DNA of 35,531 bases from a virus. Below, in pieces: positions 7,515-16,590 of the stretch (its first letter is position 1; each line of letters opens with the position of its first letter). Below the pieces are notes generated by a model. It saw only the letters and a list, made by a program, of their open reading frames with translations. It was not told the DNA's origin and made no database searches. Location of the stretch: positions 1 through 35,531 of the IMG/VR virus record IMGVR_UViG_3300017698_000052, one strand, 5' to 3'. Position numbers and translations under genes: made by a program.

Positions 7515-9086
7515 ATGGAAACGGGGACGCGAGCCAATGTGTGCGGCTGGCGGGAATGGCTCTCGCTGTATTGCGAAGAGCGAAGGCAATCGGGGAGCGC
7601 CGCCTACGCCGACCAACATGAGCACCGCGTGCGGTTCTTCATGCGGCACACCGGGCTGACCGACTACTCGGACATCACCCCCCGGCACACAAATCTGTGG
7701 AAAAACTACCTGCTGGAGCATGGGCAACCCCGTCCGACAGATGGATACCAGAACCCCAACGGCTGCGGCGCGTCGGCGCTCAAGACCCACGTTCACGCGA
7801 TGAAAGCCTATTGGGACTGGCTGGTGCGGATCGAGGCGGTGGTCCCGAGGCCCAACCCGTTCCAGGGCATGAGGCTGCCCCCCAAGATCCACACCGATCA
7901 GCGGGCGTTGACGACGGCGGAAATCCTGCGGCTGATCGAGTACGCGGAGGCGGACGAATACGGGCCGCAGCGGGAGAGCGAGCCCGATGGCACCGTGCGG
8001 TATCGGTCCAGCCTGTACCGGGTGCTGTCTGTGAGCGGTTATCGGATCAACGAGGCGCGGCGTCTGCGGTGGCGGGATCTGGAATTGCACCGCGACCCGG
8101 CCCGGATCGTGCTGCCAGCGGCGAAGGGCAAGGCGGCGAAGGGTCGGGTCAGCCTGCTGCCCGAGAGCGTGCGGGAGTCGTTGCTGGTGCTGGCGAAAGT
8201 ATCGGGGTCGCAACCCGTTGTAGACAAAGGGGTAACGGGCAGTATCGGGGGGTATCGGGCGATACCCGATATGGACAACGGGACGCAACCGGGCGCAACC
8301 GGGCGCAACGGGGGCAAGCGTGATCCGCGTTTGATCCGCAACGGGTCCGCATCTGATCCGCAACCCGACCCCGCCGACCTCGTTTGGCCCTGGCTCAGCG
8401 GGCGACCGAACACCGTGCTCGGTGCCCTGCGGCGGGACTGCAAGCGGTGCGGGGTAGACCTCGAGGATGACCGTGGCCGCAAGGTCGGGTGGCACGCCTT
8501 CCGCCGTGCGGTGGCGTCCGAGCTGGCCCGGTCGGGGGTCAACCCGAAGATCGCCCAACGGATTTTGGGGCACTCGCAGGTGTCCACGACGCTCAAGCAC
8601 TACACCGACATCGACGACGGCCAGATTTTTGCAGCGGCTAAGTCTTTGTCGGGTGGGCAGTTGTCAGCGGGTCGTTCGGGCGACACAGGAAAAAATCGGG
8701 AAAGGCGCTCAAGGGGGTTGCATGGTGATGACGATGATGTACCATGTACACGTCACGGCCATAACAATCACGATGAAAACCGCGATTCGCTGGCGACCCA
8801 ACAGGCTGTGACAAGCAAGGGACGCCGCGATCGCATGGACGCGGGGGGCCGGGCAACGGCTTCCGCGACCGTCGGGAATGAGCGACACAGGTTCGAGTCC
8901 TGTATCGCCCATTCCAACACCGACGCACGCCTTGTTCGGGCGGCGTTGGAACTGCTTTCGGCTGCTGGCGTTGATTCGCTGACGGCGGCTGAGATGCTTG
9001 AGACGGTCGCAGAAATCGTTGCCCGGTCCCCCGAGAAGGGGACTAAAGATGAGCGACGAAGCGACGACGAACACCACAACGAATGA
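7515..9086 (+). CDS. int: Tyrosine recombinase (phage integrase) with a repeat-encoded insertion and a roughly 150-aa C-terminal extension crossing the putative attP core
   Basis: Catalytic signature: INEARRLRWRDL (Arg), WHAFRRAV (HxxR), LGHSQVSTTLKHY (His...Tyr). A core-binding domain lies upstream (WREWLSLY...). Start chosen at METGT (7515) because wobble GC drops upstream; alternatives are ATG 7392 and TTG 7365. No in-frame stop occurs until 9086. Confidence 0.85.
   Translation: METGTRANVCGWREWLSLYCEERRQSGSAAYADQHEHRVRFFMRHTGLTDYSDITPRHTNLWKNYLLEHGQPRPTDGYQNPNGCGASALKTHVHAMKAYWDWLVRIEAVVPRPNPFQGMRLPPKIHTDQRALTTAEILRLIEYAEADEYGPQRESEPDGTVRYRSSLYRVLSVSGYRINEARRLRWRDLELHRDPARIVLPAAKGKAAKGRVSLLPESVRESLLVLAKVSGSQPVVDKGVTGSIGGYRAIPDMDNGTQPGATGRNGGKRDPRLIRNGSASDPQPDPADLVWPWLSGRPNTVLGALRRDCKRCGVDLEDDRGRKVGWHAFRRAVASELARSGVNPKIAQRILGHSQVSTTLKHYTDIDDGQIFAAAKSLSGGQLSAGRSGDTGKNRERRSRGLHGDDDDVPCTRHGHNNHDENRDSLATQQAVTSKGRRDRMDAGGRATASATVGNERHRFESCIAHSNTDARLVRAALELLSAAGVDSLTAAEMLETVAEIVARSPEKGTKDERRSDDEHHNE
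8887..8911 (+). other. tRNA 3'-end-like fragment (T-arm, 3' acceptor strand, discriminator); candidate attP core
   Basis: ACAGG-TTCGAGT-CCTGT is a canonical T stem-loop (T54 T55 C56 R57 A58, G53:C61), followed by ATCGCCC-A. No matching 5' acceptor strand (GGGCGAT) or D-arm lies upstream, so it is not a complete tRNA. Confidence 0.55.
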
Positions 9087-9723
9087 AATGTGGAGGCTCA
9101 CCGGGCCAAGCATAAGCAAAGTTATCGACGCCGATGCGGCTCGCCACCCGGACGGCCCCCCCGATTTCGATGCTGTATATGTCGATGTCGGGGACCACAC
9201 CGCTGGTGGCACGTTCTACGGCGATCCAGGCACGACGCAAGCTAAATCCAGAGCAGACCGCGCCGTCGCCTGCGTGAACGCCTGCAAAGGCATCAACCCC
9301 GACGCGGTTCCGGAATTGCTGGCGGCGTGCAAGGGGCTGGTGGACGATGTTGAGGGCTGCGAACTCGACTCGTCTATGGTCGATGCCCGCAACCGTGCTG
9401 CTGCCGCCATCGCCAAGGCGACGGGCGGTGCCGCTGAGCGTGCGACAGATAATGACGAGCCCGAGATCATCGGGTGTATCGACGACCCTGAGATCCCGTA
9501 CGAAGCGACCCGCATCGAAACCACCGGCAACGTGATCTATCGAGCCGGAGACTTGATCCGCCCCGGATCGTCTCATGAGATTATGCGGGTCATCGACATG
9601 GATGGGGATGCGATCCGCGTCCAGCGAGGCTACGGAGCATCGAAGCAAGCGAAGTTGATCGACGGCATGCCGCTGCATGTGCTGGGCCACGTCTCGCACC
9701 CCACGACGGGCGGTGCCGCGTGA
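9049..9723 (+). CDS. Hypothetical protein (224 aa)
   Basis: ATG at 9049 preceded by AAGGGGA. Internal start within ORF-track entry 8998..9723. Overlaps the int ORF end by 38 nt. Confidence 0.45.
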   Translation: MSDEATTNTTTNEMWRLTGPSISKVIDADAARHPDGPPDFDAVYVDVGDHTAGGTFYGDPGTTQAKSRADRAVACVNACKGINPDAVPELLAACKGLVDDVEGCELDSSMVDARNRAAAAIAKATGGAAERATDNDEPEIIGCIDDPEIPYEATRIETTGNVIYRAGDLIRPGSSHEIMRVIDMDGDAIRVQRGYGASKQAKLIDGMPLHVLGHVSHPTTGGAA

Positions 9724-10256
9724 TCGAAGCCAAGCTCAACGGACAGCCGACCGACCCGATCGACCCACTCGGGATGCTGGGCGATGACCCGCTCGACATC
9801 AAATCAACCATCAAGAAGCTCGCGGCCACCGTCCGCTCGATCACCGCGTTCGATGCCGCCATCGCGGCGATGATGGCCGACGCCAAGATGTTCGCCATCA
9901 ATCGGCACCGGGAACTGCGAGACGACTACCAGGGCAGGATCGACTACGCGGCGGCGATCCTCGGGCGTATGGAGTGCGTGGCAAAGATCACGCTCGCCAA
10001 GCGGTCCGAGGAAACGCTGGTCGCGTTCGATGCGTGGTGCGCCGACGCGATCGCGGGTGCGCGGCACCGCCACAAGAAAAGCGACCTTGCTACGGCGGTG
10101 TTCGTCCTGCTGTTCCTGAGCGGCGATGCCGCGTCGATGGCGACGCACATGCTCGACTCTGCGACCGACGACATGATCCGCGAAGACGCGGACGACCACC
10201 ACGCCGACTGCATGGGCGACATCGAGCCCGAACCGGACGACGACGAGACCGACTGA
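9720..10256 (+). CDS. Hypothetical protein with acidic C-terminus (178 aa)
   Basis: GTG start overlaps the upstream stop (GTGA) and follows GGCGG. Coding-like wobble GC. Confidence 0.45.
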   Translation: MIEAKLNGQPTDPIDPLGMLGDDPLDIKSTIKKLAATVRSITAFDAAIAAMMADAKMFAINRHRELRDDYQGRIDYAAAILGRMECVAKITLAKRSEETLVAFDAWCADAIAGARHRHKKSDLATAVFVLLFLSGDAASMATHMLDSATDDMIREDADDHHADCMGDIEPEPDDDETD

Positions 10257-10272
10257 CTCTTCTCTTTCTCCG

Positions 10273-10308
10273 CCAGCCCCGCCCCGAAACGGGCGCGGGT
10301 TGGTTTCC
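10273..10308 (+). terminator. Hairpin terminator after the int-proximal operon
   Basis: CCAGCCCCGCCC-cgaaac-GGGCGCGGGTTGG followed by TTTCC, in a 186-bp gene-free gap. Confidence 0.5.
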
Positions 10309-10442
10309 GGCATCCCAGGCGTGGTGCAGCGTCTGGCCCGGTTGTTCGCCCGCAGACTCCTCTACGGGCGGGCATTTGGGGGTGCGTCGGTTGGTCCCCT
10401 CTCCCCCCGCTCGTCACCCGGTGAAAGCCGGGCGGCGGGTTT

Positions 10443-11252
10443 ATGGATTACCTCATCACCGAACCGGCGTCCGTCTACCAAGAGAAGCGGGCGAACCATC
10501 TCTCATCGCACGCCCTGGCCGACTTCCGCCGTTGCCCGCGATTCTTCCGTGACAAGCAGCTCGGACTGATCCCCGACAAAGACACGCGGGCATACGCGAT
10601 CGGTCGCGCCGCGCATGTGCTGATCCTCGAGGGCCGCGATCGGTACGAGTCCGAGTTCGCGGTGGGCGGGCCGATCAACGAGAAGACGGGCAAGCCGTTC
10701 GGACCGACCACAAAGGCGTTCGCGGAATGGGCAGACACGGTTGGAAAGCCCGTCATCAATGAGGCCGACGCGGCGACCGTATCGGAGATGAACGCAAGCG
10801 TTCACGCCCACCCGATCGCATCGAAACTGCTCGCAAGCGGCGAGCCCGAGAAGGTCGTCCGGGCCGACCACTGCGGCGTGCCGTGCCAGATCCGCATGGA
10901 CTGGTTCGATAAGGATGCGTTCGCAATCTCAGACCTGAAGACCTGTGCCAGCATCGACACATTCGAGGCCGACGCGATCGACTACGGCTATATCGAGCAG
11001 ATGGCGTTCTACCGCGAACTGCTCGCCGATGTGTCCGGTCGCGAGGCCGAGGTTCACTTGATCGCAATCGAGAAGCGTGCCCCCTATCGGTGCGGCGTGT
11101 GGACGATCGACCGCTCCGACCTGGACCGGGCGGCGGCGGTGAACATCGAACTGATCGAAGAACTCAAGGCGTGCAAGGTGGCCGACGTATGGCCCACGCG
11201 CTTCGAGGATATTCGCGTGCTCTCGAAAGGAGCGGTCCATGAGTTTGCTTGA
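10443..11252 (+). CDS. PD-(D/E)XK exonuclease, RecE/DUF3799-like
   Basis: N-terminal LSSHALADFRRCPRFF...GRAAHVLILEG, the nuclease core IRMDWF...ISDLKT (D...D-x-K), and YIEQMAFYRELL (QxxxY) of RecB-family nucleases. Confidence 0.65.
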   Translation: MDYLITEPASVYQEKRANHLSSHALADFRRCPRFFRDKQLGLIPDKDTRAYAIGRAAHVLILEGRDRYESEFAVGGPINEKTGKPFGPTTKAFAEWADTVGKPVINEADAATVSEMNASVHAHPIASKLLASGEPEKVVRADHCGVPCQIRMDWFDKDAFAISDLKTCASIDTFEADAIDYGYIEQMAFYRELLADVSGREAEVHLIAIEKRAPYRCGVWTIDRSDLDRAAAVNIELIEELKACKVADVWPTRFEDIRVLSKGAVHEFA

Positions 11253-12027
11253 ATCTATCCAGAAAGGCCCCGAATCGAAGCCGAGACGGATCATGGTCTA
11301 CGGCACACACGGCATCGGCAAGAGCACGTTCGGTGCGATGGCCGAACGACCGATCTTCATTCAGACCGAAGAGGGCTTGTCCGACATCGATTGCGAGAAG
11401 TTCCCGCTCGCGGGCAGCCTCAAAGATGTGGTCGATGCGATCGGTGCCCTGTACTCCGAGGATCACGAATACAAGACGGTCGTGATCGATTCGCTCGATT
11501 GGCTGGAGCGGCTGATCTTCGCGAAGGTCTGCCGCGATAAGCAGGTCCGGTCGATCGAAGACATCGGGTACGCAAAGGGGTTCGTGTTCGCGCTCGACCC
11601 GTGGCGTGAGATCCTGACCGGGCTGGACGCGCTCCGCAACGAGCGGGGCATGCAGATCATCCTGATCGCGCACGCCGCGATCGAGAAGTTCAACAATCCC
11701 AACACCGAGCCGTATGACCGATACGCGCCGCGATTGAACAAGCACGGCTCCGCCCTGGTGCAGGAGTGGTGCGATGAGGTTCTGTTCGCGAACTACCGCG
11801 TGATGACCAAATCCACGGACGAGGGCTTCAACAAGAAGCATATCCAGGGCGTCGGCAAGGGCGAGCGGTTGCTGCACACGACCGAGCGGCCCGCGCACGT
11901 TGCGAAGAACCGGCTCAGCCTCCCTGACGAAATCCCGCTCGACTACCGCGTCTACGCGAACCACCGCGACGGCGTGAACAAGACCACCGAACCCACACCC
12001 GAACCCATCACGGAAGGAACGAAATGA
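11239..12027 (+). CDS. Sak4-like / AAA_24 RecA-fold ATPase (recombination mediator)
   Basis: Walker A YGTHGIGKST and Walker B TVVIDSLD. Typical synteny with a DUF669 gene downstream. Confidence 0.7.
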   Translation: MSLLESIQKGPESKPRRIMVYGTHGIGKSTFGAMAERPIFIQTEEGLSDIDCEKFPLAGSLKDVVDAIGALYSEDHEYKTVVIDSLDWLERLIFAKVCRDKQVRSIEDIGYAKGFVFALDPWREILTGLDALRNERGMQIILIAHAAIEKFNNPNTEPYDRYAPRLNKHGSALVQEWCDEVLFANYRVMTKSTDEGFNKKHIQGVGKGERLLHTTERPAHVAKNRLSLPDEIPLDYRVYANHRDGVNKTTEPTPEPITEGTK

Positions 12028-12473
12028 ATCTCTCAGGCTTTAACGCGAACGACGTAGAACCCGCTGGCGACTTCACGCCCATCCCCGCTGGCGACTACAC
12101 CGCCATCATCACCGACTCCGAGGAAAAGGCCACCAAGGCGGGCACCGGGGCGTACCTCAAGCTCACGTTCCAGGTCGTTGACGGCGAGTACAAGGGCCGG
12201 AACCTGTGGGCGTTGCTCAACCTCAAGAACCCGAACGAGACCGCCGTGAAGATCGCACAGGGCGAGCTGTCGTCGATCTGCCGTGCGGTCAACGTGCTCG
12301 AGCCCAAAGACTCGCTCGACCTTCACGGCATCCCGCTCACGATCACGGTCGGCGTCAAGAACCGTGAGGACACCGGCGAGCCGCAGAACGTCATCAAGAA
12401 GTATTCGGGCGGCGCGTCGCGGTCCGAACCCGTCGCCACATCGAACGGGTCGGCGGCACCCTGGCAGCGTTGA
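12024..12473 (+). CDS. DUF669-like protein (phage SSB-like OB-fold)
   Basis: N-terminal DFTPIPAGDYTAIITDSEEKATKAGTGAYLKLTFQVVDGEYKGRNLW matches the DUF669 pattern. Sits directly after the AAA_24 gene. Confidence 0.6.
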   Translation: MNLSGFNANDVEPAGDFTPIPAGDYTAIITDSEEKATKAGTGAYLKLTFQVVDGEYKGRNLWALLNLKNPNETAVKIAQGELSSICRAVNVLEPKDSLDLHGIPLTITVGVKNREDTGEPQNVIKKYSGGASRSEPVATSNGSAAPWQR

Positions 12474-12487
12474 TTCTTCTCTCTCCC

Positions 12488-12524
12488 CAGCCCCGTACGG
12501 CGAGAGCCGAGCGGGGTTGTTTTT
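12488..12524 (+). terminator. Rho-independent terminator
   Basis: CAGCCCCG...CGGGGTTG stem followed by TTTTT (12520..12524), in an 84-bp intergenic gap. Confidence 0.6.
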
Positions 12525-12557
12525 CGGCACGGACGCTTTTCTTATCGGGGGTCACGG

Positions 12558-14279
12558 ATGGCATTGCGGCAGTACCAGCAGGATTCGGTTAACGCGGTTT
12601 GGCGGTGCCTCCGCGATCACCCGAAATCGAACCCCGCCGTGGTGCTCCCGACCGGATCGGGCAAGACCCATGTGATCGCGGAAATCTGCCGGCAGGCCGT
12701 TGAGCAATGGAACGGGCGGGTGCTGGTCGTCGCGCACGTCAAGGAACTGGTCGAGCAGGCCGCGTCCAAGCTGCGGGCCACCGCACCCGATCTGCCCATC
12801 GGCGTCTACTCAGCCGGGCTCGGGCGCCGCGACCTCGGGTACGCGGTCACGGTCGCGGGTATCCAGAGCGTCTACCAGCGTGGCTACGAACTCGGGCGGA
12901 TCGATCTGGTCATCGTTGACGAGGCCCACATGATCCCGCCCGGTCGATCCAAAGAGAACGGCGACGGCATGTACCGCCAGCTCATTGCCGATATCGGGCA
13001 GGTCACACCGCACCGTCGGGTGTTGGGCCTGACCGCCACCCCGTACCGGATGAAGGATGGGGCGATCTGCGGACCCGACAACATTCTCACCGAGGTCTGT
13101 ATCGAGGTGGGGGTGCGTGAGTTGATCGCGGGCGGATACCTCTGCCCGCTCCGCAGCCGTGCGGGTTCCGCGATCGCCGACCTGGACGGCGTGAAGGTCC
13201 GTGCGGGCGAGTTCGCGGCGGGCGACCTCGAGGCCCGGATGACCGACGGCGACCTGGTACGGGCCGCGTGCGCCGACATCATCCGCCACACCGCAGACCG
13301 GAGCTCCACCCTGATCTTCGCATCGGGTGTCGATCACGGCGAGCAGATCGTGGCGACGCTCGCCAACGAGCACGAGACCGAGTGCGGGTTTGTCACCGGG
13401 GAGACGCCCGCGAACGAACGCGACCGGATCATCGATCGATTCAAGTCCGGTGACCTTGCGTACCTGGCGAACGTCAACGTGCTCACGACCGGGTTCGATG
13501 CCCCGAACGTCGATTGCGTGGCGATGCTGCGGCCAACGATGAGCCCCGGTCTGTACTACCAGATGGTCGGTCGGGGCTTCCGCATCCACCCCGACAAGGC
13601 CGATTGCCTTGTGCTCGACTACGGCGAGAACGTGATCCGGCACGGCCCGGTCGATGCGATCCGCGTCGGCGAGAAGGGCAAGGGGGACGGCTCACCGCCC
13701 GCGAAACAGTGCCCCGATTGCGATGCGTTGATCGCGACCGGCTACGCGGTGTGCCCGGAGTGCGGGCACGTATTCCCGGCCCGCGAACTCAAGCACGGCA
13801 ACGCCGCGTCCGAGGCGTCGATCCTCAGCGGGGGCGAGAAGGGGCCTGAGCGGTCCACCAAATCGGTCACCGGCACGAAGTACTACGTCCACCACAAGCA
13901 GGGCAACATGGACGCGACCCCGACGATGCGGGTCGAATACGACTGCGGCTTCTACCGCAAGCACAAAGAGTGGGTCTGCATCGAGCATGAGGGATTCGCG
14001 GCCCGCAAGGCCCGAGAGTGGTGGACGAGGCGATCGCACGCACCGTTCCCCGAATCGGTCGAGCAGGCGGTCGATCTGGCCCGCGCGGGTGCCCTGGCCG
14101 AGACCGGCGAGATCGTGGTCGAGACCAAGCCCGGCGACACATTCGAGCGGATCGTGGGGCACGACCTGGGCGAGAAGCCGGACGCGAACGAATACGAGGA
14201 CGGGCTGGGCAGGAAGGACGGCGAGGGCGGGTACTACTGCGGCCCGTCGTTCATCGAAGAAAGCGAGATCCCGTTTTGA
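12558..14279 (+). CDS. SF2 DEAD/DEAH-box DNA helicase with C-terminal zinc ribbon
   Basis: Q-motif LRQYQ, motif I LPTGSGKTH, motif II VDEAH, later motifs LTTGFDAP and QMVGRGFR, then CPDC...CPEC. Confidence 0.85.
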   Translation: MALRQYQQDSVNAVWRCLRDHPKSNPAVVLPTGSGKTHVIAEICRQAVEQWNGRVLVVAHVKELVEQAASKLRATAPDLPIGVYSAGLGRRDLGYAVTVAGIQSVYQRGYELGRIDLVIVDEAHMIPPGRSKENGDGMYRQLIADIGQVTPHRRVLGLTATPYRMKDGAICGPDNILTEVCIEVGVRELIAGGYLCPLRSRAGSAIADLDGVKVRAGEFAAGDLEARMTDGDLVRAACADIIRHTADRSSTLIFASGVDHGEQIVATLANEHETECGFVTGETPANERDRIIDRFKSGDLAYLANVNVLTTGFDAPNVDCVAMLRPTMSPGLYYQMVGRGFRIHPDKADCLVLDYGENVIRHGPVDAIRVGEKGKGDGSPPAKQCPDCDALIATGYAVCPECGHVFPARELKHGNAASEASILSGGEKGPERSTKSVTGTKYYVHHKQGNMDATPTMRVEYDCGFYRKHKEWVCIEHEGFAARKAREWWTRRSHAPFPESVEQAVDLARAGALAETGEIVVETKPGDTFERIVGHDLGEKPDANEYEDGLGRKDGEGGYYCGPSFIEESEIPF

Positions 14280-16435
14280 CCGACTCAATACGGCATCACG
14301 CGACCGTCTGCGTTGCGGCTGGGCTCTGCGCTCTGCCCGCGTTCCGACGCGGTGACCAGAAGCGACCGTCCGTCGCGGCGTGGAAACTCTACCAGACCCG
14401 GCTCCCGTCCCCGGACGAGCTGGGCGAGTGGTTCAACTCCGACGATTCGATGTGCCTGATCTGCGGGCAGGTCTCGGGCAACCTCGAAATGATCGACTTC
14501 GATCTGGCTGGGGTCGCGTTCGATGAGTGGCGTGAGACGGTCGAGGCGATGCAGCCCGGTCTGGTCTCGCGGCTCACGATCGAGACGACACCCAGCGGCG
14601 GGCGGCACGTCGTCTACCGCTGTGAGTCCGAGGTCTGCGGGAACGTGAAGCTCGCCACCCGGTACTTCGAGGCGGACGGGCCGGGCGAGGTCACGGTCGG
14701 CGATCGCGGGTACGCCGCACGCAGGGTCGGGGACGGGTGGGCCGCTGCGGTCACGATGATCGAGACGCGGGGCGAGGGCGGGCTGTTCCTGTGTGCCCCG
14801 TCGCCCGGCTACGAACTGGTGCAGGGCACGCTGGACAATCTCTCGGTCATCACGACCGAGGAGCGGGAAATCCTGCTGGGTGCCGCCTGGGTGATGGACG
14901 AGACTCCCCGCGACGTGGTGGGCGGGGATGTGGGCTCGGACTCCCCAGGCGGCGCAGCGGGCGGCGTGAGGCCCGGCGACGACTTCAACGCACGCGGCGA
15001 TGTGCAAAGCATCCTGACCCGCCACGGCTGGCGGATGGTCCGCAACGGCGAGAACCAGCACTGGTGCAGGCCGGGCAAGATGCACGGCACATCGGCGACC
15101 CTCAAGGGCGGCGTGTTCTATGTGTTCACCAGCAACGCACCGCCGTTTGAGCCGCAGAAGGGCTACGCCCCGTTCGCGGTGCGGACCATGCTCGAGTTCG
15201 GGGGCGACTTCAAGGCGTCCGCCAGGGCGCTCGCTGCCGAGGGGTTCGGCACCAAGCCCAAGCCGGTTGGCGGGGTGGACCTGTCCGGGTTCCGCATGAG
15301 CGGGCCGGGCGTGGATCTGTCCGGGTTCGTGGTGGGCGGGGACGAGACGATTGAGAAGCCCGCGTCCCCGATCCCGGTCGCGGATCTGGTCAGCGGCTAC
15401 CCCGCGATGCGTGCCCCGATCATTCATGGTCTGCTCCGAGAGGGCGAGACCATGAACGTGATTGCCGCACCCAAGACCGGGAAGTCGTGGCTCTCGCTGG
15501 ACCTGGCGATCGCGGTCGCAACCGGGGCGGATTGGCTGGGCGCGTACAAGACCGTGCCCGGTGACGTGCTCATCATCGACAACGAGCTGCACCGCGAGAC
15601 GAGCGCACACCGCGTCCCGATGGTTGCCGAGGCCCGGGGCGTGGAGATGCGGGCGATCGGCGAGCGGATCTATATCGACAACCTCCGGGGCCGGTTACAG
15701 GATATCAACACCCTCGGGGCCTACTTCGGATCGATCGAGCCGGGCCGCTTCAAGGTGATCGTGTTGGATGCGTTCTATCGGTTCATGCCAGCGGGCGGGG
15801 ACGAGAACGACAACGGCACGATGGCGAACATCTACAACGCGATCGACGCGTTCGCGGACCGTCTGCAGTGTGCGTTCGTGATGATTCACCACTCATCGAA
15901 GGGCTCGCAGGCGGGCAAGGGCGTGACGGATGTGGGCGCGGGCGCGGGTGCTCAGAGCCGGGCAACGGACACCCACCTGGTCCTGCGTCCGCACGAAGAG
16001 GACGGCGCGGTGGTGCTGGATGCTGCGGTCCGGTCGTGGCCCCCGATCGAGCCGGTGTGCCTGCGGTGGGAGTTCCCGGTGTGGGATGCGGACCGGACGC
16101 TCGATCCTGCCGCCCTGAAAACGGACCGGAAACCGAGGCGGGAGCGGGCCGAAAAGGCGGCGTCCGAGACCGAGCCCAAGCCCGAGAAGTGGACGCCCGA
16201 GCGGTTCATGGCGGCGTTCTTCGGACCCGAATCCGGCGTGCCCGAGGGCGAGCCGGTGCGGTTGAAAGACATCCTAACAAGGGCCTACATGATGGACGAT
16301 TTGTCCGAGAAGCGGGCGCGGATGCTGGTCGAGTTCCTGGCCGAATCGGGCCAGTTGGAGCGCGTCGAGGTCGCGGGATCGGGCAGGCCCAAGGCGTTCA
16401 GGATGACGAACAAGGAGCAAACAAATGTTGCGTGA
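14276..16435 (+). CDS. Bifunctional primase-polymerase (prim-pol) fused to an AAA_25/RepA-like ATPase
   Basis: Prim-pol N-domain (AAGLCALPAF...KRPSVAAWKLYQ...ICGQVSGNLEMIDFDL...TPSGGRHVVY) and C-terminal Walker A IAAPKTGKSW plus LIIDNE. TTG at 14276 overlaps the helicase stop and is the only plausible start. ORF-track 14018 start rejected. Confidence 0.8.
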   Translation: MTDSIRHHATVCVAAGLCALPAFRRGDQKRPSVAAWKLYQTRLPSPDELGEWFNSDDSMCLICGQVSGNLEMIDFDLAGVAFDEWRETVEAMQPGLVSRLTIETTPSGGRHVVYRCESEVCGNVKLATRYFEADGPGEVTVGDRGYAARRVGDGWAAAVTMIETRGEGGLFLCAPSPGYELVQGTLDNLSVITTEEREILLGAAWVMDETPRDVVGGDVGSDSPGGAAGGVRPGDDFNARGDVQSILTRHGWRMVRNGENQHWCRPGKMHGTSATLKGGVFYVFTSNAPPFEPQKGYAPFAVRTMLEFGGDFKASARALAAEGFGTKPKPVGGVDLSGFRMSGPGVDLSGFVVGGDETIEKPASPIPVADLVSGYPAMRAPIIHGLLREGETMNVIAAPKTGKSWLSLDLAIAVATGADWLGAYKTVPGDVLIIDNELHRETSAHRVPMVAEARGVEMRAIGERIYIDNLRGRLQDINTLGAYFGSIEPGRFKVIVLDAFYRFMPAGGDENDNGTMANIYNAIDAFADRLQCAFVMIHHSSKGSQAGKGVTDVGAGAGAQSRATDTHLVLRPHEEDGAVVLDAAVRSWPPIEPVCLRWEFPVWDADRTLDPAALKTDRKPRRERAEKAASETEPKPEKWTPERFMAAFFGPESGVPEGEPVRLKDILTRAYMMDDLSEKRARMLVEFLAESGQLERVEVAGSGRPKAFRMTNKEQTNVA

Positions 16436-16465
16436 GGCGACAAATCAGTACGGTATCAGTTCGGT

Positions 16466-16510
16466 GGTTTTTTCTTCGATCCCCCGAAACAGGGTGATCG
16501 AAGAAAACCC
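16466..16510. terminator. Strong hairpin immediately after the replicase gene
   Basis: Perfect 12-bp arms TTTTCTTCGATC (16470..16481) and GATCGAAGAAAA (16496..16507), with further pairing in the loop and flanking T/A runs. Confidence 0.6.
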
Positions 16511-16528
16511 AGAAACCCCCACAATTGG

Positions 16529-16537
16529 TGGTACAAA
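16529..16537 (+). promoter_or_regulatory. TGGTACAAA, extended -10-like element between the two large hairpins
   Basis: One of four intergenic TGGTACnnn occurrences. Confidence 0.25.
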
Positions 16538-16590
16538 CTATGCGAACCAATACCTAACTCAATCGACTTTGTTAGGGCTTTGTCACACGG

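Noticed and set aside
8833-8911. A possible complete tRNA gene ending at the T-arm/acceptor-like sequence
   Set aside because: No 5' acceptor strand complementary to ATCGCCC, no D-arm, no convincing anticodon stem-loop upstream, and no CCA. Only the 3' portion is tRNA-like, which fits an attP core instead.
14018-14275. ORF-track start of the 805-aa replicase ORF inside the helicase gene
   Set aside because: This part is an R/G-rich out-of-frame read of the helicase 3' end. The prim-pol domain begins just after the helicase stop, and TTG 14276 is the only plausible start.
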